From: a virus
IMG/VR virus record: IMGVR_UViG_3300040801_002133
Coordinates: 1-44,446 of that record
Length of the DNA stretch: 44,446 nucleotides
Direction: 5' to 3' (one strand)
Part shown: piece by piece, positions 26,356 through 35,941 of the stretch
Layout of the letters: the number at the start of each line of letters is the position of its first letter
Position numbering within the stretch: the first letter of the stretch is position 1
The notes under the pieces: model-generated
Told to the model about the DNA's origin: nothing
The model's database searches: none
What the model saw: the letters and a program-made list of their open reading frames with translations, nothing else
Made by a program: the position numbers and the translations under genes

Positions 26356-29300
26356 ATGGAATACGATCCCTCCCTCGTCAATAGCGCCAACAAGCGCCGG
26401 TACTCCATCGACCCCGCTGATGCCACCACCAGCGAGACAGGCGTGGCTCTGCCGCTTGAGATCACATATGGTGATTTCCCAGAGTTTTTTGACGAGACTG
26501 CACTCACAGCAGCAAGAGCAAGTGATGATTTTATTGGTGAGGATGGTGATAGCCCGAATGAGTTGTTGTGGGACATCGCCGGATCAACTGCTGCGCAATT
26601 TGGCTTAAATGGCCCTTTACATGAGATTCAGTCTAACTCACTGTATTCCAGTGTTTCGACTTCTAATGTATACAACTTGTTTAGCGTCTACAAACTGTCC
26701 GGGGAATTTGATATACAGGTTGATTTAAGTTTAAGCGCTGCTGCTGGAACAGGTTGCGTAATCTATGTTGCCGTAGATAACGACAGTAGACTATTTGCTG
26801 GAAATGATAATAACTCTTGGGTTTTTAGCGGCAAACTTAACGGCACATGGCAAACTGCGAAAACGATATCACACACTGGCGATACAGGTACGGTAAGGTT
26901 GGTCAGGGACAGCGCAAATGTTGTTTCTGCAACCGCAGATGGGAATGCAGCTTCAGGCACGTTCACCATGGCTGGGGATGTGTATATTTACTTGTCCTCA
27001 AAAGGATCGCCACAAACCTTTGACAACTTCACCATCAACTCAGCAGATGCGATCATAGCCGACCCCCTTTACAAAAAAATCTCAGCCGAACAAGACGGCA
27101 TCCAGATCCCGATAGAGGTCAGCCCGAATGAGTGGGATTACTACGACCCTATCAATGACAACACTGTGTTGCTGATAAACTCAATCAATCAGTCGGATGG
27201 CAACACCACCTTTACTGACCTGTCAGATAGTGGGCATACTGTAACGGCAAATGCTGATGTTCAGCACTCCACAACCGAAAAGGTAAACAGTTCTAGTTCT
27301 ATTTATTTTGACGGCACTGGCGACTATCTTAGCTTACTTGACGATAGTGATTGGGACTTATCCAGTTCCACTGACTTTACCATCCAATTTTGGATGAAGA
27401 CTTCCCACTCTGGCCTGATGGCTATTGTTAGCCACTGGGAGTACAACAGCTCAACTGCCACAGATTGGCCCGACTCTGCTTTTGAGATAACAAAAACAGG
27501 ATCTAACTATTTAAATGCCCGTTTTTCCAACGGATATTCTGGCACCAGCCTAGATTCAACCTCTACGGTAAACTCCGGTGATTGGGTGCATGTAGCCATT
27601 TGTAACGATGGAGGAACACTTAGACTGTTTATAGATGGGGTGCAAGAGGATACCGCTACTGCGCCAACTTTTAACACCTCTGCAAGACCATTGTGGATTG
27701 GGCGGCATAATGACGATGGTACGTACTCCTATTTTAACGGCTACATGCAGAGCATTCAGGTTATTAAAGGCGAAGCCTTGCATACTGCCGCTTTCACTCC
27801 ACCATCAAGACTTACAGCAGAAAGCCGCACCGTCCTCTACCTCCCCGTTGACGTAGACGCTGCAAGCGGCGCAGATATCACGATCAGCGCAGATGGTAGT
27901 CAGGATGATAATAGCACGTATGTAGGCGTAACTGGCTCTACGGTTGCCCAATCCGTCTACGACTCCAACTATGTAGCCGTCTACCACATGGCGCAAGATC
28001 CAAGCGGGGGAGCAGGTTGTATATTAGATAGTACGAGCAATGAGAACCACGGTACTCCTCAAGGCAGCATGACAAGCGGCGATCTTGTTGACGCTGGCGC
28101 TGGCAAAGGGTTGGATTTTGATGGCAGTGGTGAATCTATACAAGCGTCGGCAAGTTCCTCATTAAATAATATTCTAAGTTTATCAATTGATTTATTCCTT
28201 AATCTTGATGCTCAAACTGGTAGTGACCCTGCGGGAACACACTTTATAAACAAGACTAGCTGGTTTATTGCAACCGCTGAGGCAAATACCAAATGGATTT
28301 ACGGGGAAGGATACTATGGCTCCGTAGGAAGGTGGAGTATACCAGAGCAAAGCGAAAATCAAGACGTTTTCTTGTCACTGGCTCATGCAAATAGGAATGA
28401 CACCTCTTCAAATCCGGTGATTTGTGTTAATGGAGTTCCCCAAACGGTCACTGAATACACCACTCCCAATGGAACTAGAATTTCTGATTCTAGTTCTGCC
28501 CTTAGAATAGCTGATGCTGTTAATTACGACAGGTGGCTTGACGGTACAATCTCTGAGGTTCGCATCTCCAACACCGTCCGATCCGCAACCTGGATCAACC
28601 TCACTGCCAAGGCTTTTCTTGGCACACTCTGGACTGTCTCAGAGATAGAAGACGCTCCGGGCGGATCTGTTCCTACTACTAAACTCAAGTATACTATCGA
28701 CTCAGCAGATATTGGGTCTACGCTTACTGATTTTCCAGTTGCGTTGAATCTATCAGAAGGAGCAGTAGGTAAAACTGGCTTTGATTGTAAGCCGCTTTGG
28801 GACGAGTTGGATGGAATAGCAGATAGTTGGAAAAAGCTGAAAATCAATTTCCTAGAGACAATCATTGGATTGGCAAGCCTCCATTTCACGATGGAGAATG
28901 CTAGTGGTTCTACTTTGGTTGACGAGAAGGGCAACACTGATGGAACCATTTACGACATGGTTCTCCAAGTAAACGGTGGGCCGTCAAACATCCCATATCT
29001 TGAAGGGGGAGATATTGATTCAGTGGTCAGAAAGGTTGATATGCCTACTGATCAAAGTTTCAAAAGTTGGGCTAGCTGGATTTATATTGGATCACTCAGC
29101 AAGTATCACACCATCTTCAGGGAGCTGGCCAACGCCAGAGCGTTTGGACGAGTTGCTAGCAATTTTGGGACGCCAAACAGGCTGTATTTTTGGAACGGCT
29201 CATCAGTTGTAACCACAAACTTGACTATAGCTTCAACTGGCTGGCATCATGTCGCTGTTGTTGAAGGCTCATCTCCTAATCACCACTGGGTGTATCTCAA

Positions 29301-31407
29301 TGGGGTTAGGTCTAGTGCTGAATATCTTACGAACATGGCTGGTGTTTGGGGTAGACTTGGCGATAACGCCGCAGTCAGCAACTACAATGTTCCTCATTTT
29401 GCAAATGTTCAAACTTTTGACCTTGTTCTGTCGGATGCCCAGGTAACCGAGCTGTATCAAAAAACTGACGCAAGCGAGCTTACGCAGCTTTACCCGGAGC
29501 AACAGCTCTACTCAGAGGTCGAGGTTTGGGATTCCGTCAACCGCAAGGGTATAATCCATACCAAAGTCCCAACAATAAGCAGCACCAGCGATACCGGTAT
29601 TACGGTTGATTTCACTAACAGCAATACGGATCAATCTGAAAATAGCAGTTCTGATAATAATACTGTCCTGTTTAACGCTCCAACTCATGATACGGGTGCC
29701 AGCTCTGGTGCTTATTCTAGGAGAGTCTTAGTAGCTAGTGGAGTACAGACTGCTGGATCTACTGGGTTTGTTAGGTTAAAGTTTGGGCATCTCGGTACGG
29801 ATTATACAGTATCTGATGTATATATTTGGAAGAAAGCAAGCACTGGCGATCACTGGGATGGCGAGCCCGGTACGGGGGTAAAGGTTGGTACATTCACTAT
29901 TACCGCAGAAAATCCGTACACCGATCCAGTAGAATTTGATGTAGACGGCACAGAAAGTATTATTGTTGCTTTTGTTCAGAACAATTCTCCTGGTGTATAT
30001 GCTGCTGGTCAAATGCCGACAAATTGTGCCTCTTATTGGAAATCTGGGGCTACTTTTGAAAGTAATGTTGGTGATGTCTCTGGATACACCTCTAGCTCAA
30101 GTTTTTTCGCGTTAGATGATATAGAGGAAGTACCAATTGAAGATCTAGGTAAGATAGGACTGACCGGCAGTTTCCCGGCCAGTTTAGTCTGGGATGCCAA
30201 CTTCAAAGCCGTCTACCACATGGCGCAAGATCCTAGCGGGGGAGCAGGTTGCATCCTAGATAGCACCAGCAATACAAACCACGGTACGCCTCAAGGTAGC
30301 ATGAACAGTGGGGATCTTGTTGACGCTGGCATTGGTAAGGGGTTGGATTTTGATGGGAGCGATGATCACATAGATTTTGGCACCTCATCAACGCTCAATC
30401 CTGGGGCCTCCAACTTTACTATTGAGAGTGTTGCCTCTCTAACCAGGCAAACGGCTTATGGAGACTACCGGGATCAACACGCAATAGTTAGTAAGGGGGT
30501 GTCAGGGAACAACCCTCTGTACCAAATGGTGGTCACAGAAGGCTTGGATGCTGTGAGGATTGCTATTGAGGGCACTGGCGATCAATACTCTTATGAGCAA
30601 GCCGCAGCCATATCTGAGCAAACGCAAATCCACTTGGCTGGCGTAATAGATCGAGACAGTGACGAAATAACAGCGTATCTCAATGGGGCAAGCCTTGGTA
30701 CTGAGGATACATCAGGGACAAGTATTGGAAACATAGATCCAACACAATCCATGAAAGTTGGGGAGTATGAAGAGAGCGGAAATTACGCCTACAATGTTGA
30801 CGGAACAATCTCAGAAATCCGCATCTCCTACACCACCCGCTCCGCAGATTGGATAGCAGCAACCAATCTATCTCTCACTGATTCTTTTGCAACAGTTGAG
30901 CAGATTTTTACAGTGGGTGGCGTAGGACTGCGCTCCTATGTTGTGCAGTCCTACGACCTTTCAAATGCGGTCTTGAGGGCTATTTTGAGCCAAGACTACG
31001 CAATGCTATCACGGTTTGTCAATTCCTTAATTCAGGGTTACGGACTAAGACTTGCGGCATCTCTAGTTCAGCATTACGGCAACAATCCTCAAATTAGACA
31101 AGCGCTTTACCAGTTTTTTAGTTCAAGCCCTGCTGTTCGAAAAGCGTTAACGCAAGAGTACGGCATTCCTTTTGAACTAATTTCGAAGAGCATACAAGAG
31201 TATGACAGCAATTCAGGACTGCTTAACAGTTTGTTACAAACTTACACTATTACTGATATAGTTCTGATAAATGCGGTATCTCAACAATACGATATCTTAG
31301 AACACAATCCGCTTAGAAATAAGAACATTCAACAATACATTATTCAAACGGATGCCAGAACAATTCTTAACTCTATCTCATTGACGATCTATGGCTCTTC
31401 AAATTAA
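26356..31407 (+). CDS. Giant tail fibre or host-recognition protein with multiple LamG/concanavalin-like lectin domains.
   Basis: 1683 aa. Repeated LamG_3-type signatures are seen: SIYFDGTGDYLSL..FTIQFWMK..WVHVAI..LRLFIDG; GKGLDFDGSGESIQ...DGTISEVRISNTVRSATWI; GKGLDFDGSDDHIDFG...DGTISEIRISYTTRSADWI. Confidence 0.75.
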   Translation: MEYDPSLVNSANKRRYSIDPADATTSETGVALPLEITYGDFPEFFDETALTAARASDDFIGEDGDSPNELLWDIAGSTAAQFGLNGPLHEIQSNSLYSSVSTSNVYNLFSVYKLSGEFDIQVDLSLSAAAGTGCVIYVAVDNDSRLFAGNDNNSWVFSGKLNGTWQTAKTISHTGDTGTVRLVRDSANVVSATADGNAASGTFTMAGDVYIYLSSKGSPQTFDNFTINSADAIIADPLYKKISAEQDGIQIPIEVSPNEWDYYDPINDNTVLLINSINQSDGNTTFTDLSDSGHTVTANADVQHSTTEKVNSSSSIYFDGTGDYLSLLDDSDWDLSSSTDFTIQFWMKTSHSGLMAIVSHWEYNSSTATDWPDSAFEITKTGSNYLNARFSNGYSGTSLDSTSTVNSGDWVHVAICNDGGTLRLFIDGVQEDTATAPTFNTSARPLWIGRHNDDGTYSYFNGYMQSIQVIKGEALHTAAFTPPSRLTAESRTVLYLPVDVDAASGADITISADGSQDDNSTYVGVTGSTVAQSVYDSNYVAVYHMAQDPSGGAGCILDSTSNENHGTPQGSMTSGDLVDAGAGKGLDFDGSGESIQASASSSLNNILSLSIDLFLNLDAQTGSDPAGTHFINKTSWFIATAEANTKWIYGEGYYGSVGRWSIPEQSENQDVFLSLAHANRNDTSSNPVICVNGVPQTVTEYTTPNGTRISDSSSALRIADAVNYDRWLDGTISEVRISNTVRSATWINLTAKAFLGTLWTVSEIEDAPGGSVPTTKLKYTIDSADIGSTLTDFPVALNLSEGAVGKTGFDCKPLWDELDGIADSWKKLKINFLETIIGLASLHFTMENASGSTLVDEKGNTDGTIYDMVLQVNGGPSNIPYLEGGDIDSVVRKVDMPTDQSFKSWASWIYIGSLSKYHTIFRELANARAFGRVASNFGTPNRLYFWNGSSVVTTNLTIASTGWHHVAVVEGSSPNHHWVYLNGVRSSAEYLTNMAGVWGRLGDNAAVSNYNVPHFANVQTFDLVLSDAQVTELYQKTDASELTQLYPEQQLYSEVEVWDSVNRKGIIHTKVPTISSTSDTGITVDFTNSNTDQSENSSSDNNTVLFNAPTHDTGASSGAYSRRVLVASGVQTAGSTGFVRLKFGHLGTDYTVSDVYIWKKASTGDHWDGEPGTGVKVGTFTITAENPYTDPVEFDVDGTESIIVAFVQNNSPGVYAAGQMPTNCASYWKSGATFESNVGDVSGYTSSSSFFALDDIEEVPIEDLGKIGLTGSFPASLVWDANFKAVYHMAQDPSGGAGCILDSTSNTNHGTPQGSMNSGDLVDAGIGKGLDFDGSDDHIDFGTSSTLNPGASNFTIESVASLTRQTAYGDYRDQHAIVSKGVSGNNPLYQMVVTEGLDAVRIAIEGTGDQYSYEQAAAISEQTQIHLAGVIDRDSDEITAYLNGASLGTEDTSGTSIGNIDPTQSMKVGEYEESGNYAYNVDGTISEIRISYTTRSADWIAATNLSLTDSFATVEQIFTVGGVGLRSYVVQSYDLSNAVLRAILSQDYAMLSRFVNSLIQGYGLRLAASLVQHYGNNPQIRQALYQFFSSSPAVRKALTQEYGIPFELISKSIQEYDSNSGLLNSLLQTYTITDIVLINAVSQQYDILEHNPLRNKNIQQYIIQTDARTILNSISLTIYGSSN

Positions 31408-32434
31408 ATCTCTTGTTTCCTTTTCTGTGGAAGCGAGCTTAGAACAATACTGCATTTTTGGCGATTTTGTCTTAGCCGACTTGTCAGAGTTTCTTCAAGC
31501 AAAGCAATACGACGATGTTGTTTTCACTGTGAATGGTGTACAATATAATTTGATAGTAGAGAACAAACTTAGAGCTAGAAAACCTGCAAATAATCAGTAC
31601 ATTTTAGAATGCGCCTCTAAGCTTATCATGCTTGATGTTCCTCATTCTGCGCCTATCACTAAAGAATTTGAAGCTTCTAGTGCCAAAAGAATAGTAGAAG
31701 AGTTGATTGCTCCTTATGGAATTGCTTTGCAGTGGGACATACTAGATTGGAACATTAAAGCAGAGACTTTGTTTGCCAACGAAGATTCTCGGATCAATGT
31801 AATAAGAAATATCGTCAACTCAGTAGGAGCAAAAGTACAATCGACGCCAGGCGGCAAGATGGTGATTAAGTACAAATACGCAGTAGACACTGATAAGTAC
31901 AACACTGCGAACCTTTCCACTTCCTTGACGGACAGTGCAGACACGTTTCAAGTAAGTGAGAACGTAATCGAAAAGCCAGGATACAACAAATATCTAGTGT
32001 CTGACGAAGCCTCTGTAGAATCTGCCGCTTACCTAGAACAAGAAGATGTTGAAAACGATCCAGATTCCAAGATAATTAAAGGTTACATTGTTCCTTGGCA
32101 CGATCAAAACGCGGCTACACTAGAAACTTCTGGCGGCCATACGGTTAGAATTTCGTATGAAGGCGTGAAGACTGAGCAGATTGAAGAGCAAGTTGAAATT
32201 TTCAAAGGGGCTGGTAACGTATCTAAGCCAGTATATGGACCAATCGAAGTTACTCCGTTATATGACGATGTAGGACAGATTTACGCCGCGGAAGACGGAT
32301 CATTAACGGCAAGCGTAGACGATGAGACGCTTATAAAAATAGTGTACACAACCAAGTATCATAAATGGACCGTGTTCAACAGCAAAGACGAAGACACACA
32401 ATTTATTCTAGAAGTGGACTACCATGACAACTGA
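31391..32434 (+). CDS. Putative tail or baseplate protein.
   Basis: Coupled ORF downstream of the fibre. Positional assignment only. Confidence 0.3.
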   Translation: MALQIKSLVSFSVEASLEQYCIFGDFVLADLSEFLQAKQYDDVVFTVNGVQYNLIVENKLRARKPANNQYILECASKLIMLDVPHSAPITKEFEASSAKRIVEELIAPYGIALQWDILDWNIKAETLFANEDSRINVIRNIVNSVGAKVQSTPGGKMVIKYKYAVDTDKYNTANLSTSLTDSADTFQVSENVIEKPGYNKYLVSDEASVESAAYLEQEDVENDPDSKIIKGYIVPWHDQNAATLETSGGHTVRISYEGVKTEQIEEQVEIFKGAGNVSKPVYGPIEVTPLYDDVGQIYAAEDGSLTASVDDETLIKIVYTTKYHKWTVFNSKDEDTQFILEVDYHDN

Positions 32435-33119
32435 AGCTACTACAGTAACTAGTTTTACTGATGAAAATTCTGTAAATACGCATGTCGTTATTGAGCTAGA
32501 CGACGAGAAAAACTCTGAGGCACTGACCTCCGCCAAAGACAGCGACAAAGTTTATTATCACATCAAAGACCTGATCTCTTACGGCAAATTTAGAACTACT
32601 AAAGAAAAGATAAATGCGGAAGTTGCTTCTTCTAACGCATCTTCGTTCTATCCCGGCGCTAGGGTATACTTTTTACTGCAAGTTAGTCAAGAAATAAAAG
32701 ATCGTGGATACGAAATCAAGCTCACTGATGCGGCATTTAGCACGGGCTTGAGATTGCGACAAGACATAAATAGAAAAGTAACTTTAGTTAAGGAAGAAAT
32801 TTTATTGTTTAAGGAATTGAACGAAGAACAATCTTTAAGATATTTACCGAAGGTGGGCGTTGGACACAAGCAAATAGAATACGCGGACGACGCCAACATT
32901 ACTCAAAGATTAAACAAGGTGCAATTAGAATTTGGCAAACTTACAGCAAAAGCCGTTTCAGGCACTTTTCCAGCTTTTGCTAAAGTGCAAACTACTACTG
33001 AGTTTGACAGATATTATGTTGACACTGCGGGAACGACTTCAAGCACCAATTTGGTTCCTGATTTAAAATACGGCGAAATCTACTCTCTTGGTGTTATTGT
33101 AGAATACGAGGAAGGCTGA
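32424..33119 (+). CDS. Putative tail or baseplate protein.
   Basis: Coupled ORF. Positional assignment only. Confidence 0.3.
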   Translation: MTTEATTVTSFTDENSVNTHVVIELDDEKNSEALTSAKDSDKVYYHIKDLISYGKFRTTKEKINAEVASSNASSFYPGARVYFLLQVSQEIKDRGYEIKLTDAAFSTGLRLRQDINRKVTLVKEEILLFKELNEEQSLRYLPKVGVGHKQIEYADDANITQRLNKVQLEFGKLTAKAVSGTFPAFAKVQTTTEFDRYYVDTAGTTSSTNLVPDLKYGEIYSLGVIVEYEEG

Positions 33120-33430
33120 TGGAACGAATAATTCAACGACATCCGGCAGATGTCGAAGGGCCAGACATTGTAGATCCGTTGCTCACTTCTGAAGAAGCTA
33201 TCATACAGAGAGGAAGGGCAGAGATCAATGAGAATAGCAAGTCTAAAGTTGACGTATCTTGCAACTTAATTCCTGGAGTAGGTTACATTGAGCCAGGAAC
33301 GATAGTGGAAGTTTCTGACATGGAATTAGGAAAAGTGCGAGGCATGGCCACGTCTTATTCTTTTTCTGGAAGCATAAGCAAAGACAGTTTTGATTTTTCT
33401 GTATCTTTTAATTACGAAAAAATATTATGA
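33119..33430 (+). CDS. Hypothetical virion-associated protein.
   Basis: Coupled ORF (TGATG). Confidence 0.3.
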   Translation: MERIIQRHPADVEGPDIVDPLLTSEEAIIQRGRAEINENSKSKVDVSCNLIPGVGYIEPGTIVEVSDMELGKVRGMATSYSFSGSISKDSFDFSVSFNYEKIL

Positions 33431-33648
33431 TCTATCGAAATATCGCAGTCAGAAAAACTGTAAAAGTCGCTAAGATAATAGCTAAATTGTCTTCTACAAG
33501 ATACAAAGTGGAAGATAGAAAAGGCTCGATTTTTCTCTCTAGTTCTACAACTAACTACGCAATAGGAGAAACTGTGCACATTAGAGATGGACTAATAATA
33601 GGCACTGCTAAGAGCTTTAACAAAAAAGCAAACATAATTGAAGTCTGA
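33427..33648 (+). CDS. Hypothetical protein.
   Basis: Coupled ORF (ATGA). Confidence 0.3.
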   Translation: MIYRNIAVRKTVKVAKIIAKLSSTRYKVEDRKGSIFLSSSTTNYAIGETVHIRDGLIIGTAKSFNKKANIIEV

Positions 33649-33652
33649 ACTC

Positions 33653-33982
33653 ATGGATAATTCCCCGAGTACTTTTTGGGAAATCGTGTCTAAGGGCTGG
33701 GCTTATGTTGGGCTGGCGCTTTTAGGTTCCGCAGCCGTAACCGCCGCGAGCGACAAGCCCATAAACTTGAAAATTGTACTAGCTAGCTTTCTAGGGGCGG
33801 CATTTGTAGGCATGATAATGCACTTGTTGCTGTACGACGTAGATTTGCCTGAAAGTTTAAAAGGTGCAGCAGTAGGAATGTCTGGAGCAAGTTCGTATGC
33901 CTGCTTAGAGGTCATGCGTAGATTCCTTCCTGGCATCTTAGAAAAAGTTTTAAACAAAATGGACAAAATAATCAATGGATAG
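33653..33982 (+). CDS. Putative holin, a small multi-TM protein.
   Basis: Three hydrophobic segments and a charged C-terminus. It is the first membrane protein of the late lysis block. The start is uncertain (TTG 33638 or ATG 33653). Confidence 0.45.
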   Translation: MDNSPSTFWEIVSKGWAYVGLALLGSAAVTAASDKPINLKIVLASFLGAAFVGMIMHLLLYDVDLPESLKGAAVGMSGASSYACLEVMRRFLPGILEKVLNKMDKIING

Positions 33983-34484
33983 CGTGAATTGGATGTACAA
34001 TTCTTCGTTGTATTGGCTTAATACCCATTGGAACGACTTTTACGTCTTTTTGGCAGTGTCCGCGGCAGCGGTTCTTTACACTTTAGTTTCAGGAATAAGA
34101 GCCTTTGCTGTTGCTCACATTTTGGACGATTGCATAATGATGGAGATTAGACAGCATCGTAATTGTCATTTAAGAATTTTAGTGTTACTTAGTTTTGTTT
34201 GTGTTTTCACAGGAGTATTAAAAGCAATTTCTTTATGGAAAGTAGTTGCTTTTAGCTGGAGCGTTCAGAATCACGTAATCTCTTATCTGTTCATTGGACA
34301 AAATTATCTTATAGCTATCGCAACTTGGAAAATAGCTTCTCATTTTCAAAAATTAAACACGCATAAACGCAAGAATGACATGTCTCACTTAGTGATATGC
34401 AAAGGAGATTGTCAACGGCCATGGTACAAAGGATGGAGCAAAGTCCGAAATTGCAGATTGAGGAATGACAATGAATTGGGTTAA
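33975..34484 (+). CDS. Integral membrane protein, possibly a holin or antiholin partner.
   Basis: Three to four hydrophobic segments. Overlaps its neighbours. Confidence 0.35.
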   Translation: MDSVNWMYNSSLYWLNTHWNDFYVFLAVSAAAVLYTLVSGIRAFAVAHILDDCIMMEIRQHRNCHLRILVLLSFVCVFTGVLKAISLWKVVAFSWSVQNHVISYLFIGQNYLIAIATWKIASHFQKLNTHKRKNDMSHLVICKGDCQRPWYKGWSKVRNCRLRNDNELG

Positions 34485-35166
34485 GTTTAAAGACCAAACA
34501 GAAGGATTAGAGAAATACGACAGACTGGAATGGTTTGATGAAAGATCAAAAGACTACAGATTGCTAGGCAGTTCTCGTGCGCCTGTTCCGCCAATCAGCC
34601 GAGAATGGTCTTCTCCCAAGATTCTCAACCAAGGTCAAGAAGGCTCTTGTGTAGGAATGGGCTTGACTTACCTTTTGTTGTGTCAACCTATTAATGCAAG
34701 AGGGTTAGACATGGCGTACGGCAAAGAGCGCATATATTACTTGGCTCAACGTCTCGATCCTTGGCCAGGAGGAGCTTACCCAGGTGCTGATCCGCAATAT
34801 TCAGGGACAGCGGTTTTGGCAGGCTTAAAAGCCCTTAAGCAATTAGGATGGATTCAAGGGTATAAGTTCTTATTTTCTTTAGAAGAGATTCTTTTTTCTT
34901 TGTCTTATCATGGGCCAGTTGTATTCGGCTTAAGAATGTACGAAGGAATGAAAACTCCTGACGAAAATGGCTTCATAACGCCGACTGGTAGGCAGCTAGG
35001 CGGACATTGTATGACAGCCAACTTAATAAAAGTGGAAAGTAATTATGTCGAGTTTCTGCAGTCTTGGGGGAAGTTGCACGGCATTAACGGCAAGGTGCGA
35101 ATGACGTTTGAAAATCTGGACAAAGCGAGGAGAAACGGCGGTGAAGCGGCGATCATATATACGTGA
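34471..35166 (+). CDS. Papain-like (C1 family) cysteine peptidase.
   Basis: NQGQEGSCVGMG gives Gln...Cys with papain spacing, GGHCM gives the His, and QSWGKLHGINGKV parallels NSWG..WG.NG. GAGGA SD 6 nt before the second ATG. Confidence 0.6.
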   Translation: MNWVKFKDQTEGLEKYDRLEWFDERSKDYRLLGSSRAPVPPISREWSSPKILNQGQEGSCVGMGLTYLLLCQPINARGLDMAYGKERIYYLAQRLDPWPGGAYPGADPQYSGTAVLAGLKALKQLGWIQGYKFLFSLEEILFSLSYHGPVVFGLRMYEGMKTPDENGFITPTGRQLGGHCMTANLIKVESNYVEFLQSWGKLHGINGKVRMTFENLDKARRNGGEAAIIYT

Positions 35167-35274
35167 TGAAGAAGATACGATTTACGACAATAAGCACGGG
35201 CCTAGAAGCAAGAGCAATGTCGTAGGCGTGATGGTACCTGTAACTTGGATAATAAACTTTTTTAGGAGAAAGAA

Positions 35275-35928
35275 ATGGAAAAGATCCCGGCGATAATCGC
35301 TCTAGGGGTATTAATCACACTAAGTGGTTGTGGCAGAAGTATTGACTTATCTGGAGAACAGCTTGCTGAAATGCAGGAAAATTCATCGAATGCTCAGATA
35401 GAGTGTTATGAATGGCTTGAAGCAGAAGCTCTTGCTGCTGAATCGGCTATTGGCAATCTCACTAAAGAGCAACAATTCATGTTTTTGATTCTTCAAAACA
35501 ATACCAAAATTATTGCAGCAGCTACTGGTAAAGCTGTAAATCCTTGTAATGGAGAAACAAATATCTATGATATGGTAGCAAGAATTGTTGAATCCGACAA
35601 TGAGAAGCAAAAAGAAATAGTTGATGATATATTGACAGGAGCAACTATTGTAGGTGGAATTCTTGCTACTGGAAATCTTCTTGAAAAAATTAAAGGAACT
35701 GAGCTTACCATTAATTCTGGTGGTGACACTGATCTTGAAAACGTAGCGAATAATCCCAGTAATCGACAATATCAAGCTAACAATGGACCGGGAGGAGATA
35801 ACAACTCTACTTGTCCTGATGGTAATTGTGATGACAAAGATCCTGCTTTTGGTGAATGTGGTGAAGATGGATTTATAATCGGTGTTCCTGGATGTAGTTG
35901 TGAGTCAAGAGAAGAAGGCAACTGCTAA
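35275..35928 (+). CDS. Lipoprotein with a Cys-rich C-terminus.
   Basis: Signal and lipobox IIALGVLITLSGC. The C-terminus is STCPDGNCDD..ECGEDG..PGCSCES..GNC. AGGAGAA SD. Confidence 0.6.
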   Translation: MEKIPAIIALGVLITLSGCGRSIDLSGEQLAEMQENSSNAQIECYEWLEAEALAAESAIGNLTKEQQFMFLILQNNTKIIAAATGKAVNPCNGETNIYDMVARIVESDNEKQKEIVDDILTGATIVGGILATGNLLEKIKGTELTINSGGDTDLENVANNPSNRQYQANNGPGGDNNSTCPDGNCDDKDPAFGECGEDGFIIGVPGCSCESREEGNC

Positions 35929-35941
35929 TTAAGGAGAAGAC

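Noticed and set aside
26356-31407. Diversity-generating retroelement acting on the duplicated fibre segments.
   Set aside because: No reverse transcriptase or accessory gene is present. The differences between the repeats are not restricted to adenine positions. Ordinary domain duplication explains the pattern.
35108-35296. 62-aa basic ORF bridging the C1 peptidase and the lipoprotein gene.
   Set aside because: It starts at a TTG inside the peptidase gene and runs through the lipoprotein SD and start. No supporting signal was seen. The 108-nt gap is treated as intergenic.
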